A stretch of DNA of 19,819 nucleotides, taken from assembly GCA_024626585.2 (NCBI GenBank), contig JANKJI020000001.1, positions 14,984,880 through 15,004,698 of the forward strand. The letters run 5' to 3'. Numbering within the stretch: the first letter of the stretch is position 1; the number at the start of each line of letters is the position of its first letter. The translations under genes and the position numbers were made by a program. The stretch comes from Ginkgo biloba. Its lineage: Eukaryota > Plantae > Ginkgophyta. Positions 8,866 to 19,242 of this stretch are shown here, piece by piece. Below the pieces are notes generated by a model. The model did no database searches, was not told where the DNA came from, and worked only from the letters and a program-made list of their open reading frames with translations.

Positions 8866-11374
8866 AAGGAGAAGGAGGCCATTCATTATAGATTACACAA
8901 AAAATACTCTAAGTGAAAGAAANNNNNNNNNNNNNNNNNNNNAGTACACGACCTACACAAAATGGAGGCTATTACAGAAGAGCTATAAAACCTAGAAATA
9001 AGATATAATTTGATTCTCTCAAATGACATTATAAAGAATCCAAAAGATATAAGTTCAAATCTAGATGCTATAAGGAATATGGAAAATAATGATCAAGAGA
9101 AGTTAAAATATGAATTGAAGAAAATAAAATAAATTTTGACTTTTGATACATATATAAATAACTTATTTTCATTCCATGACACAAGGAATCGTAATTGACA
9201 AATATTGTGAAATAATTTAAGGGCTCTAATGATAGGATGGAATAATTAAACATATATGTTCACTTTTTATACTTTCAAATGGACCCAATAGATAGATCAA
9301 ATTATAAGTATCAAGTGAAGATGACTATAATTGGTCAACCTTATCACCAAAACCTTTGTAATCAAAAGTGAATCAAAATTAATTAAATGGATGTAATCAA
9401 GATCTAAGGGTAGAATAAGTATATATTTCAACAATTAAATTTTTATATTTTCACCACATAATTATTGAATCCACACTAATAATGTCTTTTATTTAACAAC
9501 AAAGGCTTTACACCACAAAGGGAAAATGACTTATTATATATTTAAATTTGAAATTAAAATAATAGACTCTATAAACTTTGAAGAATTAAATTTCAAGATA
9601 CAATTAGAAGAGTTAAGAATTCAAAATCCTCAAATGAGACATTTCTTGAACACTTCTTGATCACTTCATATCATAGATCTTTTAATTTCTTCCCAAGTGA
9701 TCAAAATTAATTTCTATATCCCTAATCTCAAACTCATAATTCATGAGACTACCTTAAAACTATATTAAAAATTTTAATTCTCTTAGAGGATTCTAAAGAG
9801 GACTTCTTCAACTATTATAAAACTTAGAGAACTTAGAAGAATCTTCTAGCTCTCTCTAGAATCATGTAGAAGAGTCTTGCAACTTACAACTTATAAAATG
9901 AGGAGCAATTTTTTATATTTATGAATTCCCTCTAGAATTTTAATGTTATTTTCATACATTTGTACCTTAATAATGTAATTTAACTTTTAATATATTTTAC
10001 CTTTTAACATGACTTAGNNNNNNNNNNNNNNNNNNNNNNNNNNNNNNNNNNNNNNNNNNNNNNNNNNNNNNNNNNNNNNNNNNNNNNNNNNNNNNNNNNN
10101 NNNNNNNNNNNNNNNNNNNNNNNNNNNNNNNNNNNNNNNNNNNNNNNNNNNNNNNNNNNNNNNNNNNNNNNNNNNNNNNNNNNNNNNNNNNNNNNNNNNN
10201 NNNNNNNNNNNNNNNNNNNNNNNNNNNNNNNNNNNNNNNNNNNNNNNNNNNNNNNNNNNNNNNNNNNNNNNNNNNNNNNNNNNNNNNNNNNNNNNNNNNN
10301 NNNNNNNNNNNNNNNNNNNNNNNNNNNNNNNNNNNNNNNNNNNNNNNNNNNNNNNNNNNNNNNNNNNNNNNNNNNNNNNNNNNNNNNNNNNNNNNNNNNN
10401 NNNNNNNNNNNNNNNNNNNNNNNNNNNNNNNNNNNNNNNNNNNNNNNNNNNNNNNNNNNNNNNNNNNNNNNNNNNNNNNNNNNNNNNNNNNNNNNNNNNN
10501 NNNNNNNNNNNNNNNNNNNNNNNNNNNNNNNNNNNNNNNNNNNNNNNNNNNNNNNNNNNNNNNNNNNNNNNNNNNNNNNNNNNNNNNNNNNNNNNNNNNN
10601 NNNNNNNNNNNNNNNNNNNNNNNNNNNNNNNNNNNNNNNNNNNNNNNNNNNNNNNNNNNNNNNNNNNNNNNNNNNTTTTCTTATTTTAGTGATTCCATAC
10701 ACTTTTTTTAGATCTAAATTATTGAAATTTAAAACATATGATTTTATTTTCATACACCTTATGGTCCTAAGTTTTAGCATGTATGTCATTGCTTCAAAGG
10801 TACTTTTCTAGATTTACTTCTTTAATTTTACATGAATTTATTAACATTTTTACAAAATGAGTTTTCTTCCACTTTTTCATGATTAGAAATATAATTTTGG
10901 GGCTAAATATGCTACTTATCCAATTTTTCACATTATGTCCTTCTACTTTTTACATTTGATTTTCAACATCTTCACTTCTTCCTTATCATACACTATCAAA
11001 ATCCTATGGGTTTGTTTACACTCTCTTTGACAGGAAATAATATACTCACATTNNNNNNNNNNNNNNNNNGGAGAATAGGGTCTTAGAATACTATAGGGAT
11101 GGACACATTATATTGATGTATTAGTGAGAGATATGACCAAAAGGATAATATTTCCTAAAATATCCTACTTAGACCAAGAGTTTTAAAGGTTTTCTCTTAT
11201 ATTAGAATTAATCCACGTACACCACAAAGAGAACTTCTTACATGAAAAAAAAATTCCAACCTATGGATAGATTCATGTAAACTTATTTTTAGATAGAATT
11301 CTTATTATGGACCTTAGCTTATCCATTTAAGAAACCTTTGGCTATGAGCATACACAATTTTACTTAACCAATTC

Positions 11375-11390
11375 ATATATATATATATAT
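11375..11390. repeat. (AT)8 microsatellite
   Basis: ATATATATATATATAT is read directly from the sequence. Confidence 0.9.
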
Positions 11391-11860
11391 GAGATTCCAC
11401 CTTGAATTACAAGAGAGATATTATTAACACAAATATACTTTTATTCTATATAATCATTATTAAAATAATATCTATACTTATAAGTACTTTTCATTAGGAC
11501 ACATACACAACTAAGCTTGTGAATGCATCAAAGATTTGTCCTTTCAACTTTGGGTAAAAACACAATGTAGTGATAAAGGCATGGTGTTTCCTTAAAAGGT
11601 ACGACCCTTATGGAGAAAGATACAATGCACCATGGAAAAATGTGGTATATTATAGTCAATATTGAATACTAATATGTTCTAATAATTTGACATGTATTTC
11701 ATTCTAAATAGAGATTACTGTATTGTATTTAATTTAGTCTAAAAAATCTTCTAGGAAACTTGAGAAGCCTCCATAAGTGATCCTTGAGAAAACATTATAG
11801 AGATACACATAGTTACACCCTATAAATAGGTTCCATACTCAAACTAAGACACTAATGCCA

Positions 11861-11878
11861 TATCAATTGGTATTAGAG
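11861..11878 (+). mobile_element. Probable LTR 3' end plus tRNA-iMet primer-binding site
   Basis: The sequence is ...TATCA-AT-TGGTATTAGAG followed by an N run. It shows an LTR-type CA end, a 2-nt spacer and a 10/11 match to the canonical plant PBS TGGTATCAGAG(C) with one C>T change. A CTATAAATAGG TATA-like box lies at 11820-11830. Confidence 0.6.
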
Positions 11879-13060
11879 NNNNNNNNNNNNNNNNNNNNNN
11901 NNNNNNNNNNNNNNNNNNNNNNNNNNNNNNNNNNNNNNNNNNNNNNNNNNNNNNNNNNNNNNNNNNNNNNNNNNNNNNNNNNNNNNNNNNNNNNNNNNNN
12001 NNNNNNNNNNNNNNNNNNNNNNNNNNNNNNNNNNNNNNNNNNNNNNNNNNNNNNNNNNNNNNNNNNNNNNNNNNNNNNNNNNNNNNNNNNNNNNNNNNNN
12101 NNNNNNNNNNNNNNNNNNNNNNNNNNNNNNNNNNNNNNNNNNNNNNNNNNNNNNNNNNNNNNNNNNNNNNNNNNNNNNNNNNNNNNNNNNNNNNNNNNNN
12201 NNNNNNNNNNNNNNNNNNNNNNNNNNNNNNNNNNNNNNNNNNNNNNNNNNNNNNNNNGAAATCTATGCATATACACGGTACTATCAACTCTTTATAGCGG
12301 ATTGGAGTAATTGAGGTGGATAACAAGTTGGATATCAAGGCATTTTATGTGCCATAGAGTAGGAGGGATCTATATTTTGGTTATATGGGGTCTAATCTTG
12401 CTTAGGGAGCTATGACCATGAGGAATCTATTTGAGAAGTTTTACTATTATGAGGTTTTCTCTCACTAGTTTCTCTTTCTTTTATTAGCCATTGGATAATT
12501 ATAGATAATATATGTGCATTGGCATGCTAATATTTTATTCATGCCTAATAATTTATTATCTATTATTTGTGAGGTTAGAATTGGTTAGTTGAAGCATGCA
12601 TGGCATGTTCCCATTTTAAAAACTTTCTATATTTGGCTAAGGATTTTTCTATATAAGATCCTTTTACCCTATGTTCTCACATCTTTATATCATTGATCTT
12701 TTAGATCTTTGGACCTTTGGTAATTGAAACTTTTGTATATTGCACACTTTGATTAATAGAGTTATCTTGGTCTTTGTCCAATTTATTGTGGAGAGTTATG
12801 CTTCAGATCTTGCCTTTGAATCTTATTTGCTATATTTATCTTTACAAAATTCTTTGAGTGCACTATTCCTTCTTGGATTTTGTGCAGGTGATTTGGAAGC
12901 TCCACCAACTTGTATAGGTCATTTATCTTATCTTACATGTAAAGACACACGTCTCTAGAATCATTCCAAGTATTTTTGAGCTTTCAATTATCATACCGTG
13001 CTTCTACGCACTGTATTGTATTATTGTGCAAAATATCATGTCAGTGTACTCTCTTAAAGA

Positions 13061-13140
13061 ACACAGAAATATGGTATCATCTACAAAAGTGCACACCAAC
13101 ATGGTAGAACCTTACAAAGGCATGCACACATATGGTATCC
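13061..13140 (+). repeat. ~30-bp-period repeat with a GCACAC...ATGGT core (3 copies)
   Basis: ATGGT occurs at 13071, 13101 and 13132, preceded by ACACAGAAAT, GTGCACACCAAC and ATGCACACAT. The motif and period match the repeat at 6608-6686. Confidence 0.55.
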
Positions 13141-13319
13141 CATAAAATCCTAAACTGAGAGTATTTTAGAGAATTTCTATGACTGTACAATAGACATAGC
13201 ATTATAGAGGACCCTCAGTTTAATGTTGTAGAGGGTTATAGAGATGGTTAACCCCTTGGGTTTATTATCCATACACTTCTTCATCTTTCAAGGTTATTCA
13301 TTCAGGAATCTATCACCAA

Positions 13320-13540
13320 GTGGGTATACCAACATTTGTCGAGACTATAGATGTAGGAAATTGGATGATTGGATCAAATATTTAGAGGCTTATTTAAGTA
13401 CCCAAGGATTTAATGAGTTGCACAAGATAAACTTTGCTAAGTTGAGGATGGTAAATTATGATTTATCCTAGTGTGAATACTACACTTAGTAATCAATAAT
13501 TTTATAGATTACCATATGGGAGTAGTTTAAGACTTTGCTA
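13320..13540 (+). pseudogene. Decayed Ty3/Gypsy gag N-terminal fragment (chromovirus/CRM-like)
   Basis: Translation gives VGIPTFVETIDVG / KLDDWIKYLEAYLSTQGFNELHKINFAKLRMVNYDLS*C...ITIWE*FKTLL. This fits the Gypsy gag pattern IPxFxGxxD...LDxWIxxLExYF...KIxFAxLxL...ALxWW...IxTWxxFK. It has a frameshift near 13360 and stops. Confidence 0.7.
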
Positions 13541-13984
13541 GGGTACATGAGTGATATTTATAAGAATTAGCAATGATTAAAGNNNNNNNNNNNNNNNNNN
13601 NNNNNNNNNNNNNNNNNNNNNNNNNNNNNNNNNNNNNNNNNNNNNNNNNNNNNNNNNNNNNNNNNNNNNNNNNNNNNNNNNNTGACCAAAATACTTTGGG
13701 TTTAGGAATTCATATGAGGCTAATGTTTTTCTTTGAAATTCGTGATGACCTATTCTATTAAGTTGGGATGAGGCCATGATGGGATAAGTTTTATGTTTCT
13801 AGGGATTCCCACTAAGGAATCACAAGACGATTCTCCCTCCACTACTACTTAATATACTCAAGGACCTTTATAATCCCTTATAGCCCATCCTTTAACTTTT
13901 GTAATGCTGTGTAGAAGTTTACCAAATGCATTATGGAAATTTTATCCTCATCATATTTCCTCATCTAGAGTCATGAGTATAGAT

Positions 13985-14665
13985 TTAGTCATGGATAAAA
14001 AAATGGCTCAATCCATCCATGGGCCCTCGTAGTTTTTATGTAGATAATGAAGACCAGAGAAGTCATAGGGAAGGTTTGTGTAGACATATGTGACTAAATG
14101 AAATTCTCTTTAATTCATTCATCTAACCATAGAGCCCATGCATATATAAGTCCCACTGCCACTTTCATTGCTACAATGGATGATTGGAGACTTAGATAGG
14201 TGTTATCTTCTAAATAAGCTAACCTTCTTATTATAATACTGGAATCCCACTATTCTCCTTCATTAGTGTTTCAATTTATGTTTAATCCATTGGAATTGAT
14301 CCACATGTCATATTATTGGAAATTAGGCTATAGTCTTTGGATGATCACTTCCTTATCTACTCTTTTAGCCTCCTCTTTAAGGTCAATTGTAGTACCCTAA
14401 ATTAGTAGTCCTATAATATTATGAATCAAATCTCTATCTATTGGGATAATATTTTCATAAAACCAAAATGATCCCTTTTTTTAAATGTCAAATAATTTAT
14501 ACCACTATGGGATAGGAAAGGTAGATAATAGGGGCCTCATCATATTCTACCACTCTACCTTAATATAATAATGAATACTCTGGATGGTATAGTCCCTTCT
14601 CATCAAGTGTAGTGAATTGTTTCCATTCATGGGCATAATATCCCAAGTTATCTTCATTTACTTCA
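13985..14665 (-). pseudogene. Decayed LTR-retrotransposon accessory ORF, resembling putative plant transposon protein / plant mobile domain families
   Basis: A single frame from about 14540 to 13985 reads STFPIP*WYKLFDI*KKGSFWFYENIIPIDRDLIHNIIGLLI*GTTIDLKEEAKRVDKEVIIQRL*PNFQ*YDMWINSNGLNIN*NTNEGE*WDSSIIIRRLAYLEDNTYLSLQSSIVAMKVAVGLIYAWALWLDE*IKENFI*SHMSTQTFPMTSLVFIIY. The motif order I-x-I-xxx-LIHxI(T)GL(P)xxG ... G-xx-Y-x-W-xx-W-L ... FP-xx-SL resembles retroelement extra-ORF proteins. The family assignment is from recall, not from a search. An upstream frameshifted piece reads HPEYSLL. Confidence 0.6.
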
Positions 14666-16730
14666 ATCACTCAGAAGGCTTTTGTCACCATGTTGATTAG
14701 TAGAGTTCTTGTCTAGGGTGATAATTTAGTTAATATTCAAAGTTAGATCTCCCTTGTTGTGGTTATTTATAGGAAATCAACTATATGAATCGCATAATCT
14801 CTAGTAAAATCTAATTTTTATTGAGTAGAGTGAGAACAACTAGAAGATAGATTAATATGAATAGAACTCCAAATGTAGGTAAAGGAAGGAAACTAGCTCT
14901 TTGAAGAAAAAATTAAGTTCAAAAGAAATGTCATTTTCCACATGCAAAGAAAGGANNNNNNNNNNNNNNNNNNNNNNNNNNNNNNNNNNNNNNNNNNNNN
15001 NNNNNNNNNNNNNNNNNNNNNNNNNNNNNNNNNNNNNNNNNNNNNNNNNNNNNNNNNNNNNTTAGATTGTGCCTTGAGTACCACCTATTCAATATCCATA
15101 TTGATATATCATGTAAGATGTTTTGATAAAAGGGGCCATTAATATCCGATAAGAAATCCATAAATAACTACCACTAAAGTATAGGCTCCCTTATCCTAAT
15201 ATATGCTGATACTCTATGACTGAGCAAGGGTGAGTAAAGGTCAAGGGAGGTGAGTACAAATCCCTAAACCTAATTTTATTATCTTTCCTTAGATGGATAA
15301 AGACANNNNNNNNNNNNNNNNNTTCCTGATAGGATTAGGGAGAAGGCGCCTCCAAGAAGAAATAACTCCCTTGATTTGAATGTTTCTCCCTAGTTTAGTC
15401 AGGGTGGAAATAACTCCCAGGGGAGGGGGTCAATTCCTTATTATAATGTTTTTCCCTTACTTAGGATATCACTCCCTTATCTACTAAGGTGTTACTACAT
15501 TGACCTATAGGATCTCAAATCTAGGAGAAATATTTCTTCTTTGTTTTTGAATATGCCTTGATCTTGCTTCTCTCAATTATGCTATGCACTATAAGTCATG
15601 TTGTGGCTCATGGAATATTTAATATAAATAACCATAGAAGTGACTTCAGAGGTTCCAGAATATTTTTGAACATTGGAAATGTTTTCTTATAAAGTTGTTA
15701 GGATAATAAAAGGATAAGTATGGAGGCATAAATAATTATTGAGAAATTATGCTAGGAGGAGATCCTGGTTGGAGTGAAGAGAAAGAACATTAATTGTTTG
15801 ACATATAACAATGAAGTTGAGTGAGGAGTGGTTTGGAAGGTGTGTACAAGAAATATGTAGGTGGTTTAGGTTAGAGTATAGGTTAAAATATTGTTTATTT
15901 TCTAAGGATGCATGAGAAAGGGAATGGGATGGGTGGAATTGGAAAGAGTAAAGGATAAGGAGGGGTCTTATGTGGGAAGAAAGTTTGTGTAAATTAACCA
16001 TGTACAAATCAATAATATCTACTACTTAATGATAATAAGTGGATACTATTTTATGCAAGGCCTCTCCTTGAAGGAACATGTCCTAGTATTGTGTGATTTG
16101 GGTGCAATATTGGAGGATCTGAAGGGGGAATCTATGAGGGGATAGGTGAGAAAAAGTAAATTACTTCATATTTTTTCATCCTTTTAAAAAATAAAATCCC
16201 TTCCTCACGTGGGATTAAATTTCTAGTGGATAATGACAGTAGTTAGGACATGTAGAACATGGCTCCATATTTTTTGACTCCATATTATCATCGTGAGGAA
16301 TGATGATCTAGTAACTATGGATTTGGTGCAAACTTGGATGATTTTGATCAATTGATATATGTACCTTTGGCCGGAACAAAATTGTTGGAAAGAATATTTA
16401 TCATTGTTTATATACTATTTGCAAGTTAGGGGAATGTCTTATCCCACGACCATTTCATCAAGAGTTCCTCACCATGTGGTGAATTTTATTATAACAAATG
16501 TTTTATAAATAAAAGAAACTTATTGCATATTTTTTTCTCATTCCTATATTCTAAAACCAAGTTTNNNNNNNNNNNNNNNNNNNNNNNNNNNNNNNNNNNN
16601 NNNNNNNNNNNNNNNNNNNNNNNNNNNNNNNNNNNNNNNNNNNNNNNNNNNNNNNNNNNNNNNNTAAAATGTGTGGGTGTTCAACACTTGAATATAAGCC
16701 TTGGTGCAGGTGTGTTACACATAGGCATCA

Positions 16731-16870
16731 ATAGTATTATTAGTACATTTAAAATTTAGTTGGTACTCAAATAAAAAGAATTCACCATTAAGGGCATGAA
16801 GAAAAATCCCAACTTTAGACCCTGCTTTATACCTTACAATATATCAAAATGTATGGTCTAAATGAGACCT
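16731..16870 (-). pseudogene. N-terminal part of an archaeal-type (additional) RNase H domain
   Basis: Translation gives GLI*TIHFD / KAGSKVGIFLHALNGEFFLFEYQLNFKCTNNT. This matches the RNase HI pattern W-x-x-x-FDG...G-x-G-I-x-L-x-x-P-x-G...L-x-F-x-CTNN-x-AEY. The sequence diverges just before the AEY motif. Confidence 0.75.
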
Positions 16871-17059
16871 TGTCTTCTATTTTTTGCTCCATACTTCTCC
16901 TCTTCCTCAATTTATAAGCCATTATTGGTCTAAGTAAAAAAATTATAGGTTCCCATTCTCATTACCTCATAGGTGAAGAAGGCCTCCTTTCCTTTTTTAT
17001 CTTGAACATGGTATTTGAATTTACCTTCCTTAGAGAGAGTGATACGATATTTCTTGTAA

Positions 17060-17410
17060 TAAAAAGTGATAATGGACATTCTTGTATTTACCACAACTCC
17101 CATTTTATTAGTCCATTATCTTCCTAGTAGCATGTCGTACATTGGGGGCATATCAACCACCACTACTAAAATGACAACATATATGTTGGGGTCAGAGGCC
17201 ATGTTCACCATCATATATTTAATTTCTCTCGTAGCTTCCACTAACCTAGAATCCATTGCTTAAACCACCTGATCAGTTTAGATATATTTGAGTCCTAAGG
17301 ACTTCATGAACATACATGGAATTATATTATGGGCATCTCTAGTGTCCACAATGCAATTGTACAAAATGGAGTCATTCAACTTTAGGGATATATAAAATGG
17401 AGGAACCTTT
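17060..17410 (-). pseudogene. Retropepsin-like aspartic protease domain
   Basis: Translation gives KVPPFYISLKLNDSILYNCIVDTRDAHNNIPCMFMKSLGLKYI*TDQVV*AMDSRLVEATREIK...VVVVDMPPMYDMLLGR*W. The catalytic DTG is mutated to DTR (Asp codon at 17344-17346), and the C-terminal LLGRxW motif is present. Confidence 0.9.
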
Positions 17411-18056
17411 TCCTTTAAGGCAAGAGTTGCAGCCTCTAAAGCTTCTTCTTTGATCATATCATTGAGTTATTTCTTGTCTATTTATGGGACCTCCATCATA
17501 TTATCCTTTTTCTTAGGTATCCTCATTGCTTGATATAAGATCATTCTAGTTGGATTCTTTTGCAAATCTCTTAAAAGATCATAATATAAAAAAGATGATG
17601 ATTTATGAATAAGGGACTCTATTCTTGAGATAGGAGTCTTCGAAACTTGATCAGTCCTTTGAGAGTCATTATAATTAGATATAGAAGACCTTGATGTGGT
17701 ATCATTAGGAGGACTTAGATGAATAGGGGAATTATATTTTTGCACCGAAGCATGTTTTCCTTTGTCTTTAGTAACCTAGGATCTGGTCTGCACCATCAGG
17801 TCTACTTCATTAAGATCAAAATATTCTTCGCCATACCTTAGAAGGTCCAACTATACATTATATTATTCAAATATTGTTCCTTGTTCACCTATCCCTTTGT
17901 ATATAATATCTTCCTCATTAATGGAAAGATCATCATAATCCCAATATGATACTTCATTATTAGAAGTAAATGGCTCTTCCTTGGATCACTGTAAGAAGGG
18001 GAATTTATTATTATTTTGTTCCCTAAACTAGCTCTTTAGGGATATAATTTTATTAT

Positions 18057-18572
18057 TCATTTTCTCAATAGGGATTGAGTTTGAGGATTAGTGACAACTA
18101 TAACCACACTACTTTCTTGTTTAGGAGTAGTGGAATTTAAAGGCTTCACTTTGACAATCTTGATTAGTCTTTCTTCGATGTCTATAACTATCATCTTTAT
18201 AGTGTCCAAATTGGCAAGTGTTTTTTTCTCCACTATATATCTCATGTCGGTATCTAATCCCTCCAAAAATAACTGTTTCTAGACTTTCATAACTATTCTA
18301 AAATTTTATGTGATGGAGTTCAAGGTCCTATCATACCTTGATACATATTCCTTAACACTCTCTTTATTTCCATTTTTGATGGTAGTCAATTCTTTGATCA
18401 AAACTATAACTATATTATCTTAGAGAAATTTGGGCTTGAATTGCTACATCAAAGAATTCCAATCAGTAATAGACCCATTAGGAAGATATTTAAACCATCT
18501 CATGGCCTCTGCTTCAAAGGTGTTAATAAATAGTATGATAGTAACATTTTTAGAGACTATGTTAAAATTGCC
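18057..18572 (-). pseudogene. gag: Retrotransposon gag (Retrotrans_gag-like) domain
   Basis: One frame reads NFNIVSKNVTIILFINTFEAEAMRWFKYLPNGSITDWNSLM*QFKPKFL*DNIVIVLIKELTTIKNGNKESVKEYVSRYDRTLNSIT*NFRIVMKV*KQLFLEGLDTDMRY. It contains the classic A-xx-WF-xx-LP-x-GSI-x-x-W, ESV-x-EY-xx-R and F-xx-GL motifs, with four in-frame stops. Confidence 0.9.
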
Positions 18573-19242
18573 NNNNNNNNNNNNNNNNNNNNNNNNNNNN
18601 NNNNNNNNNNNNNNNNNNNNNNNNNNNNNNNNNNNNNNNNNNNNNNNNNNNNNNNNNNNNNNNNNNNNNNNNATGCTGAATCAAACAACATGCATAGGAA
18701 GAAGGCTACAAATCGAGTGCACAATGAAAAAAAGTAAAGCAGTGGCAAACGAAAAAAAATCAAACCCAATTTTTCATAACCTTAAGTTAAAAAAAATTAA
18801 TTATGTTTTAATTTTAGACAAAGTCCACACCCCCCCCACCCCAATCACTCTTAAAATTGTGGTCGCATGAGTTCAAGGGAGCTAAGTTGTTTACTGAGTC
18901 ATTACATAATTTTTTATTATTTTTTGGTAATTTCCTGGTGAAGTGACAAGTCAGAAAGGAGTACTTGTAAGGTCAATTTCTTATCTTATTGGTGACCATG
19001 TAGTAAAGGGGAGTTAAGTCATTATGGTTTCATTAAGGTCATATTGTTGTTTTGTAAAACATTTTTCAATTGTAAGTGATGATAATAACTTAGTGAAAAA
19101 TAGTTCTATTGGCTAAAAGGAGGTCACAGGGTCAAACAACGTAAAGACAATTTTTTACTATGTTGGTTCTTGAGTCATTAGTGATCAAATTTTTGTAANN
19201 NNNNNNNNNNNNNNNNNNNNNNNNNNNNNNNNNNNNNNNNNG

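Larger units (their letters stand above)
16731..18572 (-). mobile_element. Decayed Ty3/Gypsy Tat-lineage internal region: gag - linker - aspartic protease - archaeal-type RNase H (truncated)
   Basis: Three recognisable domains are collinear on the minus strand (see sub-features). The linker YDLLRDLQKNPTRMILYQAMRIP lies in ORF 17482-17745. The 5' end is cut by the 100-N gap and the 3' end breaks at about 16731. Confidence 0.85.
3306..18672. other. Six exactly-100-N assembly gaps
   Basis: The gaps are at 3306-3405, 6691-6790, 7880-7979, 13583-13682, 16565-16664 and 18573-18672. By convention 100 N marks a gap of unknown size, so distance and frame across them are unreliable. Confidence 0.9.

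Noticed and set aside
9255-11051. Defined LTR in this AT-rich block (and likewise in 12258-13060 and 15062-16564)
   Set aside because: The composition and possible CA termini (11051, 15498) are LTR-like, but no paired LTR, PBS, PPT or target-site duplication could be shown, so boundaries are unsupported.
13683-14350. Plus-strand continuation of the 13320 gag into a zinc knuckle and protease
   Set aside because: Only faint hints exist (LGLGI near 13695, LWKFYP near 13930), across a gap of unknown size. From about 13985 the minus-strand frame explains the sequence much better.
16685-16735. MPMCNTPA on the minus strand as the RT motif MPFGLCNAPA
   Set aside because: The spacing is wrong and no other RT motifs (e.g. 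YxDD) are nearby.
1506-18870. Many listed ORFs containing long X runs (e.g. 10004-10789, 11844-12338, 1565-1828)
   Set aside because: They are open only because N runs contain no stop codons.
17066-18870. Plus-strand ORFs 17066-17263, 18091-18282 and 18430-18870
   Set aside because: They are antisense shadows of the minus-strand protease and gag.
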